Shown: positions 1-10,763 of the stretch, in pieces | Position numbering within the stretch: the stretch's first letter is position 1 | Layout of the letters: each line of letters starts with the position of its first letter | Assembly: GCF_004010195.1 (NCBI RefSeq) | Contig: NC_057749.1 | Coordinates: 12,944,846 to 12,965,835, forward strand | DNA length: 20,990 nt | Reading direction: 5' to 3' | From: Chiloscyllium plagiosum | Taxonomy: Eukaryota | Program-made: the position numbers and the translations under genes | The notes under the pieces: model-generated | What the model was told of the DNA's origin: nothing | What the model saw: the letters and a program-made list of their open reading frames with translations, nothing else | The model's database searches: none

Positions 1-1574
1 CATAAAAAGTGAATTGAATAAATATGCAGATACTGTAGTCAAATTTTACCGGTTTCTTCATCCATGCTCACTACCCCTCAGTGTGACACCCTCCAGTACG
101 TGCCTACAGTCTTTAAACCAGCTCAATAACTGACTTAGGATCAGAATCAAATCTGTGACATAATGTAGTCTGTTATGGTCTGGTATAATTTGCCTTTTAT
201 CTTATCCAGTCTGGAAAATAACTTTCTGTTGGTGATAGTGAGTGAGTGCCCCACCTGTTCATGTAGGCTTATTCCTTGTAAGATTAGTTGTTGTAAATTG
301 CCCTGTTTTATCTGTTACACATTTGCTTTCAGCAGTTCATCTGACACAATAGGTCTCAGTATTTTACTAGCTGCTACTCTGCCAGTGTCCGTTATTAACT
401 CTCTTTTGCGATTCTGCCATTCTTCTCAAAATATCTTTGTAGAACCCTTTAGTGTACAGAAATAATTTATTTCCTCTGCCTCCCCTGGTGCAGGAGGAAA
501 ATGGAGAGGGGGAGGGAGGACAGGGAAGTGACTTGTGTTGAACAAAATGGTAAATGTCACAATCCCTTTTGGGAAAGTACTGATACACCAGTCCCTCTAC
601 TCTTGAGGATCACCCCAGAAGTTAATCAAATTACTCACTCTTCATTGTCCTGTCTGAACTCTGGTTAACAAAAGAAGTCCATCAATATATAATTCTGCCA
701 GCTGAAACTTTGTCCATCTTTTAAGTCCCTATATGTGTACACATACAGAAATGCATGTATGTTATTGGTGGCAAGAGAAGTGTTGGGGACACAGTTTAAT
801 AGCAACAGTCCCCAGGATTTGATGAGGTGTCCCTTTTTTGCTTCTTTAATCTCCTTATTAGATTCTTTGAAGAAATAAAGTACTGAATGCTACACTCATG
901 AACAGTCTTTTAGTTCATGGTTTAGGGGCAACAGCTGAGAGCAGCTGGTGAGAGAGTATAGCTAGATGTCTTCCAGGTTTTATTTCATTGCACAGAAGAC
1001 CTTGTGTGTCTCATGCGCTTGCTCTGTCTCGCGCGCACTCTCTCTTCTGGAGTCATCTGTTCCTGGAAGTTCTGTGTTCATCTACTGTCTCTTGATGTTT
1101 GCTGTTCTCATACACCCAGAATGCTGTGGTGTCTTACACATATTCCCCATAGTGCTTAAAGCAACAATGTAAGCACAACACTGAGTTCCATGAACTTATT
1201 TTTTAAAAAAGTGCAGTTATTTTTCTTTCTTCACCACCACCCCACCCCCCAACCAAGTCCTTGCTTTAACACAGTCCTTTCTCTAGTTTTGTCCACAATG
1301 CAATAAAGATGTGGTCTTTGCTTAAAGCAGGAGTACTGACATTCTTTTCCCTTGCCTGTGCAGACCTCTTGAACTGTGTATGTGTTATATAGCAAGCAAC
1401 CAGAGTGGTAAATGATTTGTTAGCTTTTAGTAGATTGCAGTAGAAGAGTACAGTGCAATGATTGGCATTTGTGAGGGCTTTTCTGCAGTACTGTATATCA
1501 TTTTTGTGTCTTTGCTTAAGGCAGACAATATTTGCTTTGGGAAGGCTGCACATGATTTCAGCTGACGAAGAAAG

Positions 1575-2705
1575 ATTTAGTTGGCTAGGCTAATACTTCC
1601 TAGAACTTAGAATGAGCAGTGATCTGATCTAATTCAAATATTAATAATTTGATAGTGCTGAGAAAATGTTTTCACCCTATTAGGGAAACCTAGAACTGAG
1701 TCAGTTTTAGAGCCTAAGAACACGAGGAATAGGAGTAGGCCATTCAGCCCTTCAAGCTCACTGTGCTGTTCATTGAGATCATGGGTCATCTTGTATTTCA
1801 ATGCCATTTTGCGAGATGGTGTTGGTAGCACAACGGTCATGTTGTGGGAGCTTGGATACAAATCCCATTTTGGCAGATGGTGAAATTTGAATGCAATAAA
1901 CTCTGGAATTCTAATGTCACGAATGATATGTAATGGTAACATTTTACAATCTTGTGAAGAAATTCCTCATCAGACTGAAATAGTTTGCCTTTTGTGTGAC
2001 GACTATCCTCACTCTGGTGCTGTCCACGTCATTATCTTTCCTTAGGATCTTCCTTAGTTTTACCATGCCCCCTTCTGGATTTCTATTTTACATAACCCCC
2101 TGTTCTTTCCATACTATAGGACATTAACTGTTTTGAATCCTCTGCCATAAGCTTTCCCTTTTTTAATCTGATCCGGTATGTTCATTGACATGTTTGTTTT
2201 TCCATAACTGCCTTCGATCTTTAGAGCTGTGGTTACTATCACCAAACTGATTCCACACTGACAATTCTGCCAGTTGCTCAAATAATGCAGCACACATTTT
2301 CTTGCATACTACCTAAATTTTCATCCTTCTCAAAATCGTGTTAATTAGAATAGCGGATCAGTGTTTAGACTAAGATGAGGAATTTCTTCATTTGAGGGTG
2401 TCCCCAAAGAGTGTGGATGATCAGGCTTTGTGTATACAGATGTTTTTGGGTACCATGGGAATGTGGAACTGAAGTAAATTTGATCTTAAGGTACAGTGAA
2501 AAGTGCTGTTTTGAATGCTGTACAGGCAGATCGTACCATTCAAAGTGCGTCAGGGTTGCAGGTCAGAGTGCAGAATAGTGTTACAGTAGCAAAGAAGTTG
2601 CAGAGATCAGAATTAACATTTGAGGTTGAGGGGCAGCCATGTTCTTTTTGAATGGCAGAATGGTTTGAAAGGATCAAATGGACGACTACAATTTCCTATA
2701 TCTTT
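1575..2705. mobile_element. Nested cluster of old retroelement fragments
   Basis: Plus-strand CR1 3' pieces (~1575-1700, ~2364-2480, ~2634-2702) interrupted by a minus-strand CR1 tail (~1715-1809), a decayed SINE head (~1815-1960) and other fragments. The 1730-1790 segment is similar in reverse complement to 2634-2700 and 9575-9625. Confidence 0.55.
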
Positions 2706-3077
2706 GAAGACCTGGTGTTCTTGACCAGTTTGGTATCTTGTGCACTAGGTGGCATCTGACCTACGATTGCTTGGCGTTAGCTGCATTCTGACTTTTGCAT
2801 GGAGTATGAGGTTTAATTTTAAAGTTAGGGTGCATTTCTGTAAATGATAATACAGACAGCTGTCCATTATGCTGTGTTAACACAGGCATTTCTAAAAATT
2901 TAATTGTGTACAATTTATTATAAATACCTCTAGCCACTCTTCCCTACGTCAAAGACATCTAGGAAATGACTGCCAGACTACTCAGATCCCTTGGCATCAT
3001 GGTAGCCCACAAACACATAAATAGGAAGTGAGCCTACACCACCAGTACTTCATCTGGAGGCTCACTGAAGATGTTGT

Positions 3078-3390
3078 GGGCGGCACGGTGGCACAGTGGT
3101 TAGCACTGCTGCCTCGCAGCGCCAGAGACCCGGGTTTAATTCCCGCCTCGGGCGACTCTGTGTGGAGTTTGCACATTCTCCCCGTGTCTACGTGGGTTTC
3201 CTCCGGGTGCTCCGGTTTCCTCCCACAATCCAAAAATGTGCAGGTCAGGTGAATAGGCCACACTAAATTGCCCGTAGTGTTAGGTGAAGGGGTAAATGTA
3301 GGAGAATGGGTCTGGGTGGGTTACGCTTTGGCGGGTCGGTGTGGACTTGTTGGGCCGAAGGGCCTGTTTCCACACTGTAGGGAATCTATC
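3078..3390 (+). mobile_element. Full-length tRNA-derived V-SINE (HE1-like), copy 1
   Basis: Pol III A box TGGCACAGTGG (3089-3099), B box GGTTTAATTCC (3133-3143, C>T), V-domain gtgtggagtttgcacattctccccgtgtct...ggtttcctcccaca, and a CR1-like 3' tail. A second copy is in the window. Confidence 0.92.
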
Positions 3391-3490
3391 TGGAAAGCAT
3401 AATTGGGTGTATGCAGATTTGATATTTGCTTGATATATTAAAATAATTTAAGTCCAAAGAAAACTGCTAACCCTCTGGTTATCATTCCAG

Positions 3491-3566
3491 ATATCTACAG
3501 AGAATCATCAAGCACCCAACGCTCTTGCAGGATCCTGATGTGAGAGAGTTCTTGGAAAAAGATGAG
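3491..3566 (+). CDS. SNX1: Sorting nexin-1, internal coding exon (end of PX domain), 76 nt
   Basis: Acceptor ttccag|A, donor GAG|gtaatg. After 1 nt of a split codon it reads [25 protein letters not shown], matching the recalled SNX1/SNX2 PX C-terminus. Upstream exons lie outside the window. Confidence 0.95.
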
Positions 3567-4364
3567 GTAATGCCTGATAAAAGTAAGGTAATCTTCTCCA
3601 TTGTGGCAAGAGAGGGTTTGCTTTTACCTCTCTTTTTTCCCCCTGCTAGTCCCCATAACCCCTTGCCCTTTCAAAATGTGTCCACTGTTCATTTCTGACC
3701 ATCTGTTGGCCTTTATCCAGTTACCTGTCCAAGATGCTGTATCTTATTAATATCTCCGTGACATCTTGTCTATAATCTTGCACTTCATTTGTTAATATTT
3801 TTGTGTTGTGTCCTCATGACCTCTGCATCTAAATATCTTCTGCCTCACTGTTTTCTGGTTATTCATCCCACTTCCCCTCAATTTGGAATATTGTTTCCCC
3901 TTCTCTCTTGGCAGATTTTACTGTAACCCCTGTCAGATTGATCTGTTCTGATATCATGCTTTTTTATCAATTGCTGATCCATTGGCTGTACTTTTCCAGT
4001 ACTTGCCTTTTCTCATCAGTATGGAGCAGAAGTATTAAACTCCTGTTTCCAGCCAAACTGCCCCTTTTCTTCCTCCACCCGTTTTCTACCATACATTTTT
4101 GTAGCTTATCTATTCTATTGCCCTTGTCAGTGGCTGAATCCAAAGATGCTATGCAGTGATTACCCAAGTTTTTTACAGAAATGTTTTGAAGCTGAATTTC
4201 GAGTTTTCCTAATCCTTAAAGTATGACAAAACTATTTAGAGGTGAACCAAAGTTGCTCAAAACCAATGCAGTCTTGCAAAACCTTTTCCTCTAAGCTTCT
4301 AATCTTAAAACGTTAACTAGAAAGATGTCTTGCAACCATAAATGTTTGTGTCCCATCAAGCCAT

Positions 4365-4765
4365 GCATGTTAGACTTTGTAGAACACTTACATTCTGTCT
4401 GCAAAAATACCCCAAGCTTCCAATTGCCTGCCACTTCAACACAGTGTTCCCTTGACAGCATTTATCACAGGCCTGCTGCAGTGCTGCAACAAGGCTCAGT
4501 GGAAACTGGAAGAGCACATTTCATTTTCTGTTTGGGAACCATGGAACTTTCAGGACTCCTTTATAAAGTCTGTAACTTTGGAGCCTGGCCACCACTTTCT
4601 GTATCCTTTACCCACTCCTACACCTCCAGCCTTGCATTTACTGCTCTATTCTGGAGAAGAGTCACTGGATTCTGCTTTCCCTCCACCAATGTTGCCAGAC
4701 CTGCTGAGTTTTTGCACCAGTTTGGTTTTTCAGATTTCCAGCATCCGTGATTCTTTGTTTTATTA
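4365..4765 (+). mobile_element. Decayed Penelope-like element 3' end (GIY-YIG endonuclease C-terminal part plus pseudo-LTR)
   Basis: Across frames it reads FVEHLHSVCKN...PIACHFN...GLLQCCNKAQWKLEE.HFIFCLGT..LSGL, resembling the recalled PLE endonuclease C-terminus. It is followed by ctggagaagag...atgttgccagacctgctgag...gatttccagcatc, similar to the right arm and tail at 12163-12286. Confidence 0.75.
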
Positions 4766-5141
4766 TCCTGCATGCTCTTTAGCTATCACTAAATGTAGTG
4801 AACTAGTGGATCAGCTGTCTTAGGCAACAGAGGAATTTAAGTGCTGGCATTTGTTTTGCAAGGTGGTGTGAATGTAGCGTGAATAGCAGTCTTGCTCCTT
4901 GTTAATGTGCTAACTGTTCTAATTGTTCATGTTTGCTAGTGATTATATTTTTATTATTGACTTTTAAAATTACTGCTATCAAAAAGTTGCTCTAACATTG
5001 ATCATGCATGCCAATGGTGAACTTTCCAGGATTAGAAATCTAGTGGAAACTGTCTCCGACTAATTGTTTGTGTGGGTGGGAAATAGTGGTTTTTGGTAAG
5101 CAGTGTTCTGTATAGCATTGACATTTCAATCTGATTTACAG

Positions 5142-5255
5142 TTGCCACGAGCAGTAAACACTCAAGCTTTAAGTGGTGCTAGTCTCCTTCGGATGGTGAA
5201 CAAGGCTGCCGATGCAGTCAGCAAGATGACCATCAAGATGAATGAGTCTGATATC
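5142..5255 (+). CDS. SNX1: Sorting nexin-1 coding exon (PX-BAR linker/amphipathic helix), 114 nt
   Basis: Acceptor ttacag|TTG, donor ATC|gtaagt. Reads [38 protein letters not shown], phase 0/0. Confidence 0.96.
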
Positions 5256-5837
5256 GTAAGTGTTGTGCTATTGTGGAATGAGCAATAGGCTTCATGTTGT
5301 TTAATGTTCCCTATGTGTAAGTGATTTGATTCTGACCTCTGTAGATGAGCTGAAGGATGACTCGTATATTACATGAAAGTATTAAATAATGGTCAGAAAA
5401 AGAGCTATAGGTAATGGTTGAGCCGATTAAGTTCAAGTGGTTAGAAAGACCTATGGCCTATCTTGTGGTTTCTGTTGATTTTGGCCAGTTCCAGGAATAA
5501 AAATGGGAGCAAAAAAGACCAGCTTGTTCCTTTGCTGAACCTGTCAGCCATGGAGAAGAAATCCTATTCCTGATCTCCATACACACCCTCATCCTTAATG
5601 TGAGCGGTGGGTGAAGGATCCTTCTGTATACTGACCTTATGGGGTTCTGGGTTTGGTCTGTGATGTGCCCGTTACTGACCTGACATACTGTATCGTGTTG
5701 AGAATGTATATTGCTTTTGTTTCTCTGAATCTTGGCTATTTGATTCTAAAAGTTGGAAAATTATCTGCTTATGATTACATAAAGGGGTCACCACTGGGTC
5801 ACGTCTGGTTGAAAAGCAAGGAAATTAAATAAAAACA

Positions 5838-6337
5838 ATGTTGGGAGGTCATGTTGCAGCTGTACCGGACATTGGGTAGGTCACTTTTTAGAATATTGTG
5901 TGCGATTCTGGTCTCCTTCCTATCAGAAGGATGTTGTGAAACTTGAAAGCGTTCTGAAAAGATTTACAAGGATGTTGCCAGGGTTGGAGGGTTTAAGCTA
6001 TAAGGAGAGGCTGAATAGGCTGGGACTGTTTTCCTGGGACGTCGGCTGAGGAGTGACCTTAGAGGTCTATAAAATCAAGAGGGGCATGGATAGGATAAAT
6101 AGGCAACTTTAAAGGGCAACCTTTTCACACCGGGTCGTGAGTGTATGGAAAGAGCTGCAGGAAGTGTTGGAGGCTGGCACAATTTACAGCATTTTAAAAA
6201 GCATTTGGTTGGGTATATGAATAGGAAAGGTTTAGAGGCATATGGAACTAGATTATTTAGGATATCTGGTCGGCATGGACGAGTTGAACTGAAAGGTCCG
6301 TTTCCGTGCTGTACATCTCTATGATTCAGTGACTCTA
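5838..6337 (+). mobile_element. 5'-truncated CR1-clade LINE (ORF2 C-terminus and 3' tail)
   Basis: Frameshifted translation WEVMLQLYRTLGR..EYCVRFWSPSYQKDVVKLESVLKRFTRMLPGLEGLSYKERLNRLGLFS. Ends in ctctatgattc..gactcta, typical of CR1 terminal repeats. Confidence 0.88.
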
Positions 6338-6438
6338 AACCAGTTGGAAACCCTTTGCATGAAAAATATGGACTGAGACTACTCCATTCCCATCTATACT
6401 CATTTTCTGTGTGTGATATTTCTCTGTTCCATCTCCAG

Positions 6439-6532
6439 TGGTTTGAAGAGAAGTTTCAGGAGATTGAGAATGAAGACCAACAAATACGCAAGCTTCATGC
6501 TGTTGTTGAAACATTAGTCAATCATAGAAAAG
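6439..6532 (+). CDS. SNX1: Sorting nexin-1 coding exon (start of BAR domain), 94 nt
   Basis: Pyrimidine tract with ctccag|TGG, donor AAG|gtgagg. Reads [31 protein letters not shown] plus 1 nt. Confidence 0.96.
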
Positions 6533-7523
6533 GTGAGGCCAGTAGGTTTGAACATTCGGTGAAGTAGGATTAGCATAAACTTAATTCATTAAACTAATCT
6601 GTTTTGCAAACTGTCAAGTTTGCATTTTACCTTTTTTTTGTTTGAAGAAGTCAATAAATAATTTGTATGGAGAGAACTGGTCAATGTCATGGGTCATAAT
6701 GAAGGAACCACTTCTGTTAAAGCAATAGGATGTGTGGTTTTTAGGGCCCTAGTAGATTACTTTAAGCTAAGTGGTTTATGGTTCACAAATGTACTATGCT
6801 GTTTTGATAGATTAGAGGGGTGGGGTTAACTATGCATTACTGGAAGAAGACAGTAGTTATTGTTATAAGTTTTATTTAAGACTGGGTGAGGTTGATTAGC
6901 ACTAAGCAGCTCATCAAAAACATCAAATGCGTTGATGCCAAACATGAACTCAATGTTCACTTTCAGTTGCAGCCTTAGTGTGTAGAGTCTGATTTTTTTT
7001 TTTCTCTTTGGAGTACTGAAGCCTAAAGGGGAACTGGAAGTGAATGCATATTATGGACAGATTTTCCATGGTTACCTTCCACTGTTCCAATTCAATGCTA
7101 CTTGGAAAAGTCCCAGTAGTCCCAGAGGGCCAAGATTTATCAACTAGTCAAATTCCAACCTCCATTCAGTCTGGAATTTTGTAAGTGTCATATGCATGTT
7201 ATGTTGAAACATTCCCTTCAGAGAAAGGAACCCAAATTCACTCTTTTAAGCAATAAACAAGTTTGTCCAGTTTTGAAAAAAAACTAACCACCTATCGGCA
7301 AACAGCTGATGTGTAGAGTACTCAACTGTGGAGGAAATAGTCTCGTGCGGTACAAGATTGTGGTTTAGGCACTTTTGGGACAGTTGAATCCTGTTATACC
7401 TGGAGTGTGAGGGGGCAGTATAGCTTCACGCTGTATCTGACCTTTGTCCCTATCCCAGAAGTTTTTGATGGGGACAGTGTTGAGGGACCTTTCCTTTTGT
7501 TTACTTTTAAGGGTAGGTGGAGC

Positions 7524-7850
7524 TTTTTTTTTTTGATTAGATTACTTAGTGTGGAAACAGGCCCTTCGGCCCAACAAGTCCACACCGACCCGCCGAAGCG
7601 TAACCCACCCAGACCCATTCTCCTACATTTACCCCTTCACCTAACACTACGGGTAATTTAGCATGGCCAATTCACCTAACCCCTGCACATTTTTTTGGAT
7701 TGTGGGAGGAAACCGGAGCACCCGGAGGAAACCCACGCAGACACGGGGAGAATGTGCAAACTCCACACAGAGTCGCCTGAGGCGGGAATTGAACCCGGGT
7801 CTCTGGCGCTGTGAAGCAGCAGTGCTAACCACTGTGCTACCGTGCCGCCC
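7524..7850 (-). mobile_element. Full-length tRNA-derived V-SINE (HE1-like), copy 2
   Basis: Reverse complement is ~95% identical to 3078-3376 by hand alignment. A box TAGCACAGTGG, intact B box GGTTCAATTCC, ends in taatctaatc plus A11 (T run 7524-7534). Confidence 0.93.
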
Positions 7851-8221
7851 ATTAACTCTGCTGTACTCTGCTTCCTTAATTCTTCCTCCACTCTCCACCC
7901 AACCATTCCCTACACCACAAGAGTAGAAGTGTATTTTATTTAGTTATCCTAAGGCACAGCATGCAATACCTTTTACTAAATGACAGTCAGTTATGGGAAG
8001 GAATTCTGACCTCTGTATAGGCAGAATGGGTGGAGATATGATTGTACAATCTCTCCCCAGCAACTGAGTGGCTGAGTGTTATCTCCTGTATGACCTTCCT
8101 CATAATTATCTTCCTTTACAGTTTGTACTGGGCCATGCCAAAATAAACTCTCGTCTAGCTGCAAGACCCAAACAGAACATTCCCTTTTTCTCAGTGCAAA
8201 TGTTCTTAATGAGATCACAGT

Positions 8222-9630
8222 ATGTAAGGAAGTGTCTAGAAATAGTGGATGCATCGGTAGTCATTCTTTTCAAGATTCTATAGCCTCTGAAACAGTTTCT
8301 ATAGATTGGACAGCAGCTAATGTAATACCTCCTTTTTAAAAAGAGAGAGAAAAACCTGGGAATTGCAGGCTGGTTAGCCTGACCACGATAGAAGGAAAAT
8401 GCCAGAGCAGGTAAAAATTAATAGTGAAGCACTTAGAAAACAGTGACTCTTTCTAATCCAGTCAATGTGGATTTACAAAAGGGAAATTGTTCTGGACAAA
8501 TCTGTTGGAATTTTTTTGAGGATGAAACCAATAGTCTGGATTAGGAAGAACTAGTGGTTTACTTGGATTTTCAGAAGGCTTTTGATTATACCAAATGAGA
8601 GATTAGTGTGTAAAATCAATTAGTGTGGGATTGGAGATGGTGTACTGACATGGACGAGGAACTGGCTGGTAGATAGAAAACAGGTAGGAATAGATGGGTC
8701 AGTTTGGCTGTCCGTGACCAGTGGGTACCAGACAGATCAGTGCTTGGACTGAGCTATTCCCAATATATGAATAATTTTAGATGGGGAGCTAAGTGCAATA
8801 ACTTCACGTTTGCAGATGACAGTTGGGTGGGAGGATAAAGAGATGCTTCAGTGTGATTTGCTAAGTGAGTGGGCAAATGCATGGCAGATGAAATTTAATA
8901 TGAATAAATGAGTTAACCATTTTTGGTGGCAAAAGCAGCAAAGTGGATCATCTGATTGTGTTGCAACTCCCCCTTTCCTGATCTGAATCTCTTTGTTCAC
9001 CAGTCATTGAAAGTAAACAAGCAGGTGATGAAGAATACAGATGGGATTTTGGCCTTTGCTGCACAAGGATTTGGGTACAAAAGCAGGGATGCCTTGCAAC
9101 AATTGTATGGCGTCTTGATGAGACCATACATAGAGTACTGTGTGCAGGTTGGCCCCCTCTATCTGAGGGAGGATGTACTGGCCATGGAGGGAGTGCAGTG
9201 AAGGTTTGAGACTGCTTCCTGGGATGGAAAGACTGATGTATGAAAATTGTTTGGACAGGTTGGGATGTGTTCATTGGAGTTTACAAGAATGAGGGGGTGG
9301 GGGTAGATTCTCATAGAAACCTACAACATTCTAACAGGACTAGACAGTATAAATGCAGGAAGGCTGTTCCTGATGGCTGATTGGCGAGCCAGGATCAGGT
9401 CTTAAGGATATAGGTTAGGCAGTTTAAGACTGAGATGAGCAATTTCTTCAAATGACAAGCAGTTGGAATTTTCCACCACAGAGCATGGCTGAAGACGAAT
9501 ATTGAACATTTTCTGGGAGGTGGATATGGTTTCTAAGACTAAAGGGATCAAAAGCAGAAACCAGGTACTGAGTAGATCAGCCATGAATGGCTGAGGAACT
9601 GATTGGCTTACTCTTCCTATTGTGTGTTTC
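8222..9630 (+). mobile_element. Decayed CR1-clade LINE, reverse-transcriptase region to 3' end
   Basis: Remnant motifs DW..ANV.P, GFTKGK..TNLLEFF, YLDFQKAFD (8560-8586), FADD (8809-8820), LY..L.RP..EYCVQ. Many stops and frameshifts. Confidence 0.9.
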
Positions 9631-9865
9631 AAAGAAATTACATTTTGGAGGGGTTGGGAGGCTAAATGATTTGAGGAACTTGGAATTTTTTTGAGACAAG
9701 CTGAACTGAAATTGGAGATGAAATTGAGCTATTAATAAAGTGAGTACTGATACTAGTCATACTGCTGACAGAAAATCATTAGGTCTCTAGTGGGTGTGTA
9801 TTTAAATAAATCTCAGTTCTGAAGGTACTAAATTGACCTGTGCTTAAATTCTGTTTGATCATCAG

Positions 9866-10071
9866 AGCTTGCGATGAATACGGCCATCTTTGCAAAGAGT
9901 GCTGCCATGCTGGGGAGCTCCGAGGATCACACCGCATTATCCCGGGCACTGTCACAGCTTGCAGAGGTTGAGGAGAAGATTGAGCAGCTTTACCATGAGC
10001 AAGCCAACAATGACTTCTTCCTGTTCGCTGAGTTGCTGAGTGACTATATCCGTCTGATTTCTGCAGTGAGG
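9866..10071 (+). CDS. SNX1: Sorting nexin-1 coding exon (BAR domain), 206 nt
   Basis: Acceptor atcag|AG completes the Glu codon from the previous exon. Reads [68 protein letters not shown]. Donor AGG|gtacct is weak. Confidence 0.95.
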
Positions 10072-10619
10072 GTACCTGCTATTGCTAATGGTGCCACCTT
10101 GGTTCTCAGCTTCTCAAATGTCAAGTGCATTTTCTGATCGCTGGGTTATCGCTCAGTTTTCTGTTTGGGTCATTTGCGTACAAAGTACTTCAGCTGATAA
10201 ATGAGTTGTGCTAAGGGATGAGTGAACCGGTCATGGTGAAAACTGGGCTCTGAGGAGATTACCAAGCTATGTGCTGGAGGAATAATTATTTTGAGTAGAG
10301 GGCATATCTTCTCTCTTGTTCCCCTTAAAGTGATGATTCTATGATTTGAAGATATTTCTGATACTTTGCTCAAAAGGCTATTCTTCTCCCTCACAGGGAG
10401 CTTTGACCAACTCTTAAGGGGAGAGTCAGTTCTAACTGGATCTTGAACCTGCCTGTCTCCATCACTGGGTGGAGATCAGGATCAAGAGTCCTTGAAGCCA
10501 CAGACCAGCCTCCTGTGATGACCCCAGTTATGAGCTAGCTTCTCCAATTGGTGCATTGTAATAGTATGTGGCGGTTTAACCTAGACACTGAGTACTGTGG
10601 TCTGGTTGTCTTGGTGCAG

Positions 10620-10763
10620 GGAGTCTTTGACCAACGGATGAAAGCATGGCAGCGTTGGCAAGATGCTCAGACCACGCTGCAAAAAAAGCGAGAAAACGAA
10701 GCTCGACTGATTTGGGCCAATAAACCTGACAGACTGCAACAAGCTAAAGATGAGATATCAGAG
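10620..10763 (+). CDS. SNX1: Sorting nexin-1 coding exon (BAR domain), 144 nt
   Basis: Acceptor gtgcag|GGA, donor GAG|gtatgg. Reads [48 protein letters not shown]. Confidence 0.96.

Noticed and set aside
3078..3150. tRNA-like sequence (also 7778-7850 and 19450-19519)
   Set aside because: A and B boxes are present but there is no complete cloverleaf and the sequence continues into SINE body; these are SINE heads.
2997..3263. Near-identical short ORFs here and at 7394-7926 that look like a duplicated gene
   Set aside because: They are translations of the two SINE copies, not genes.
1..3490. Expected preceding SNX1 exon (..KVKVGKED..RRAALER)
   Set aside because: Not found by eye; the window appears to start within that intron, and the short ORFs here show no recognisable homology.
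4325..4823. Longest ORFs in the track (141 and 123 aa)
   Set aside because: Overlapping frames across a frameshifted Penelope-like remnant; no intact protein.
7395..7500. Possible decayed tandem-repeat units (gatggggacagtgt..gaggga) next to SINE 2
   Set aside because: Resembles a recalled shark repeat but is too degenerate to support from this sequence alone.
8222..9630. Possible functional reverse transcriptase
   Set aside because: Multiple stops, frameshifts and deletions; 5'-truncated.
10515..10591. Box C/D snoRNA candidate (GTGATGA ... CTGA)
   Set aside because: No convincing terminal stem, no recognisable guide, and the D box is under 30 nt from the acceptor.
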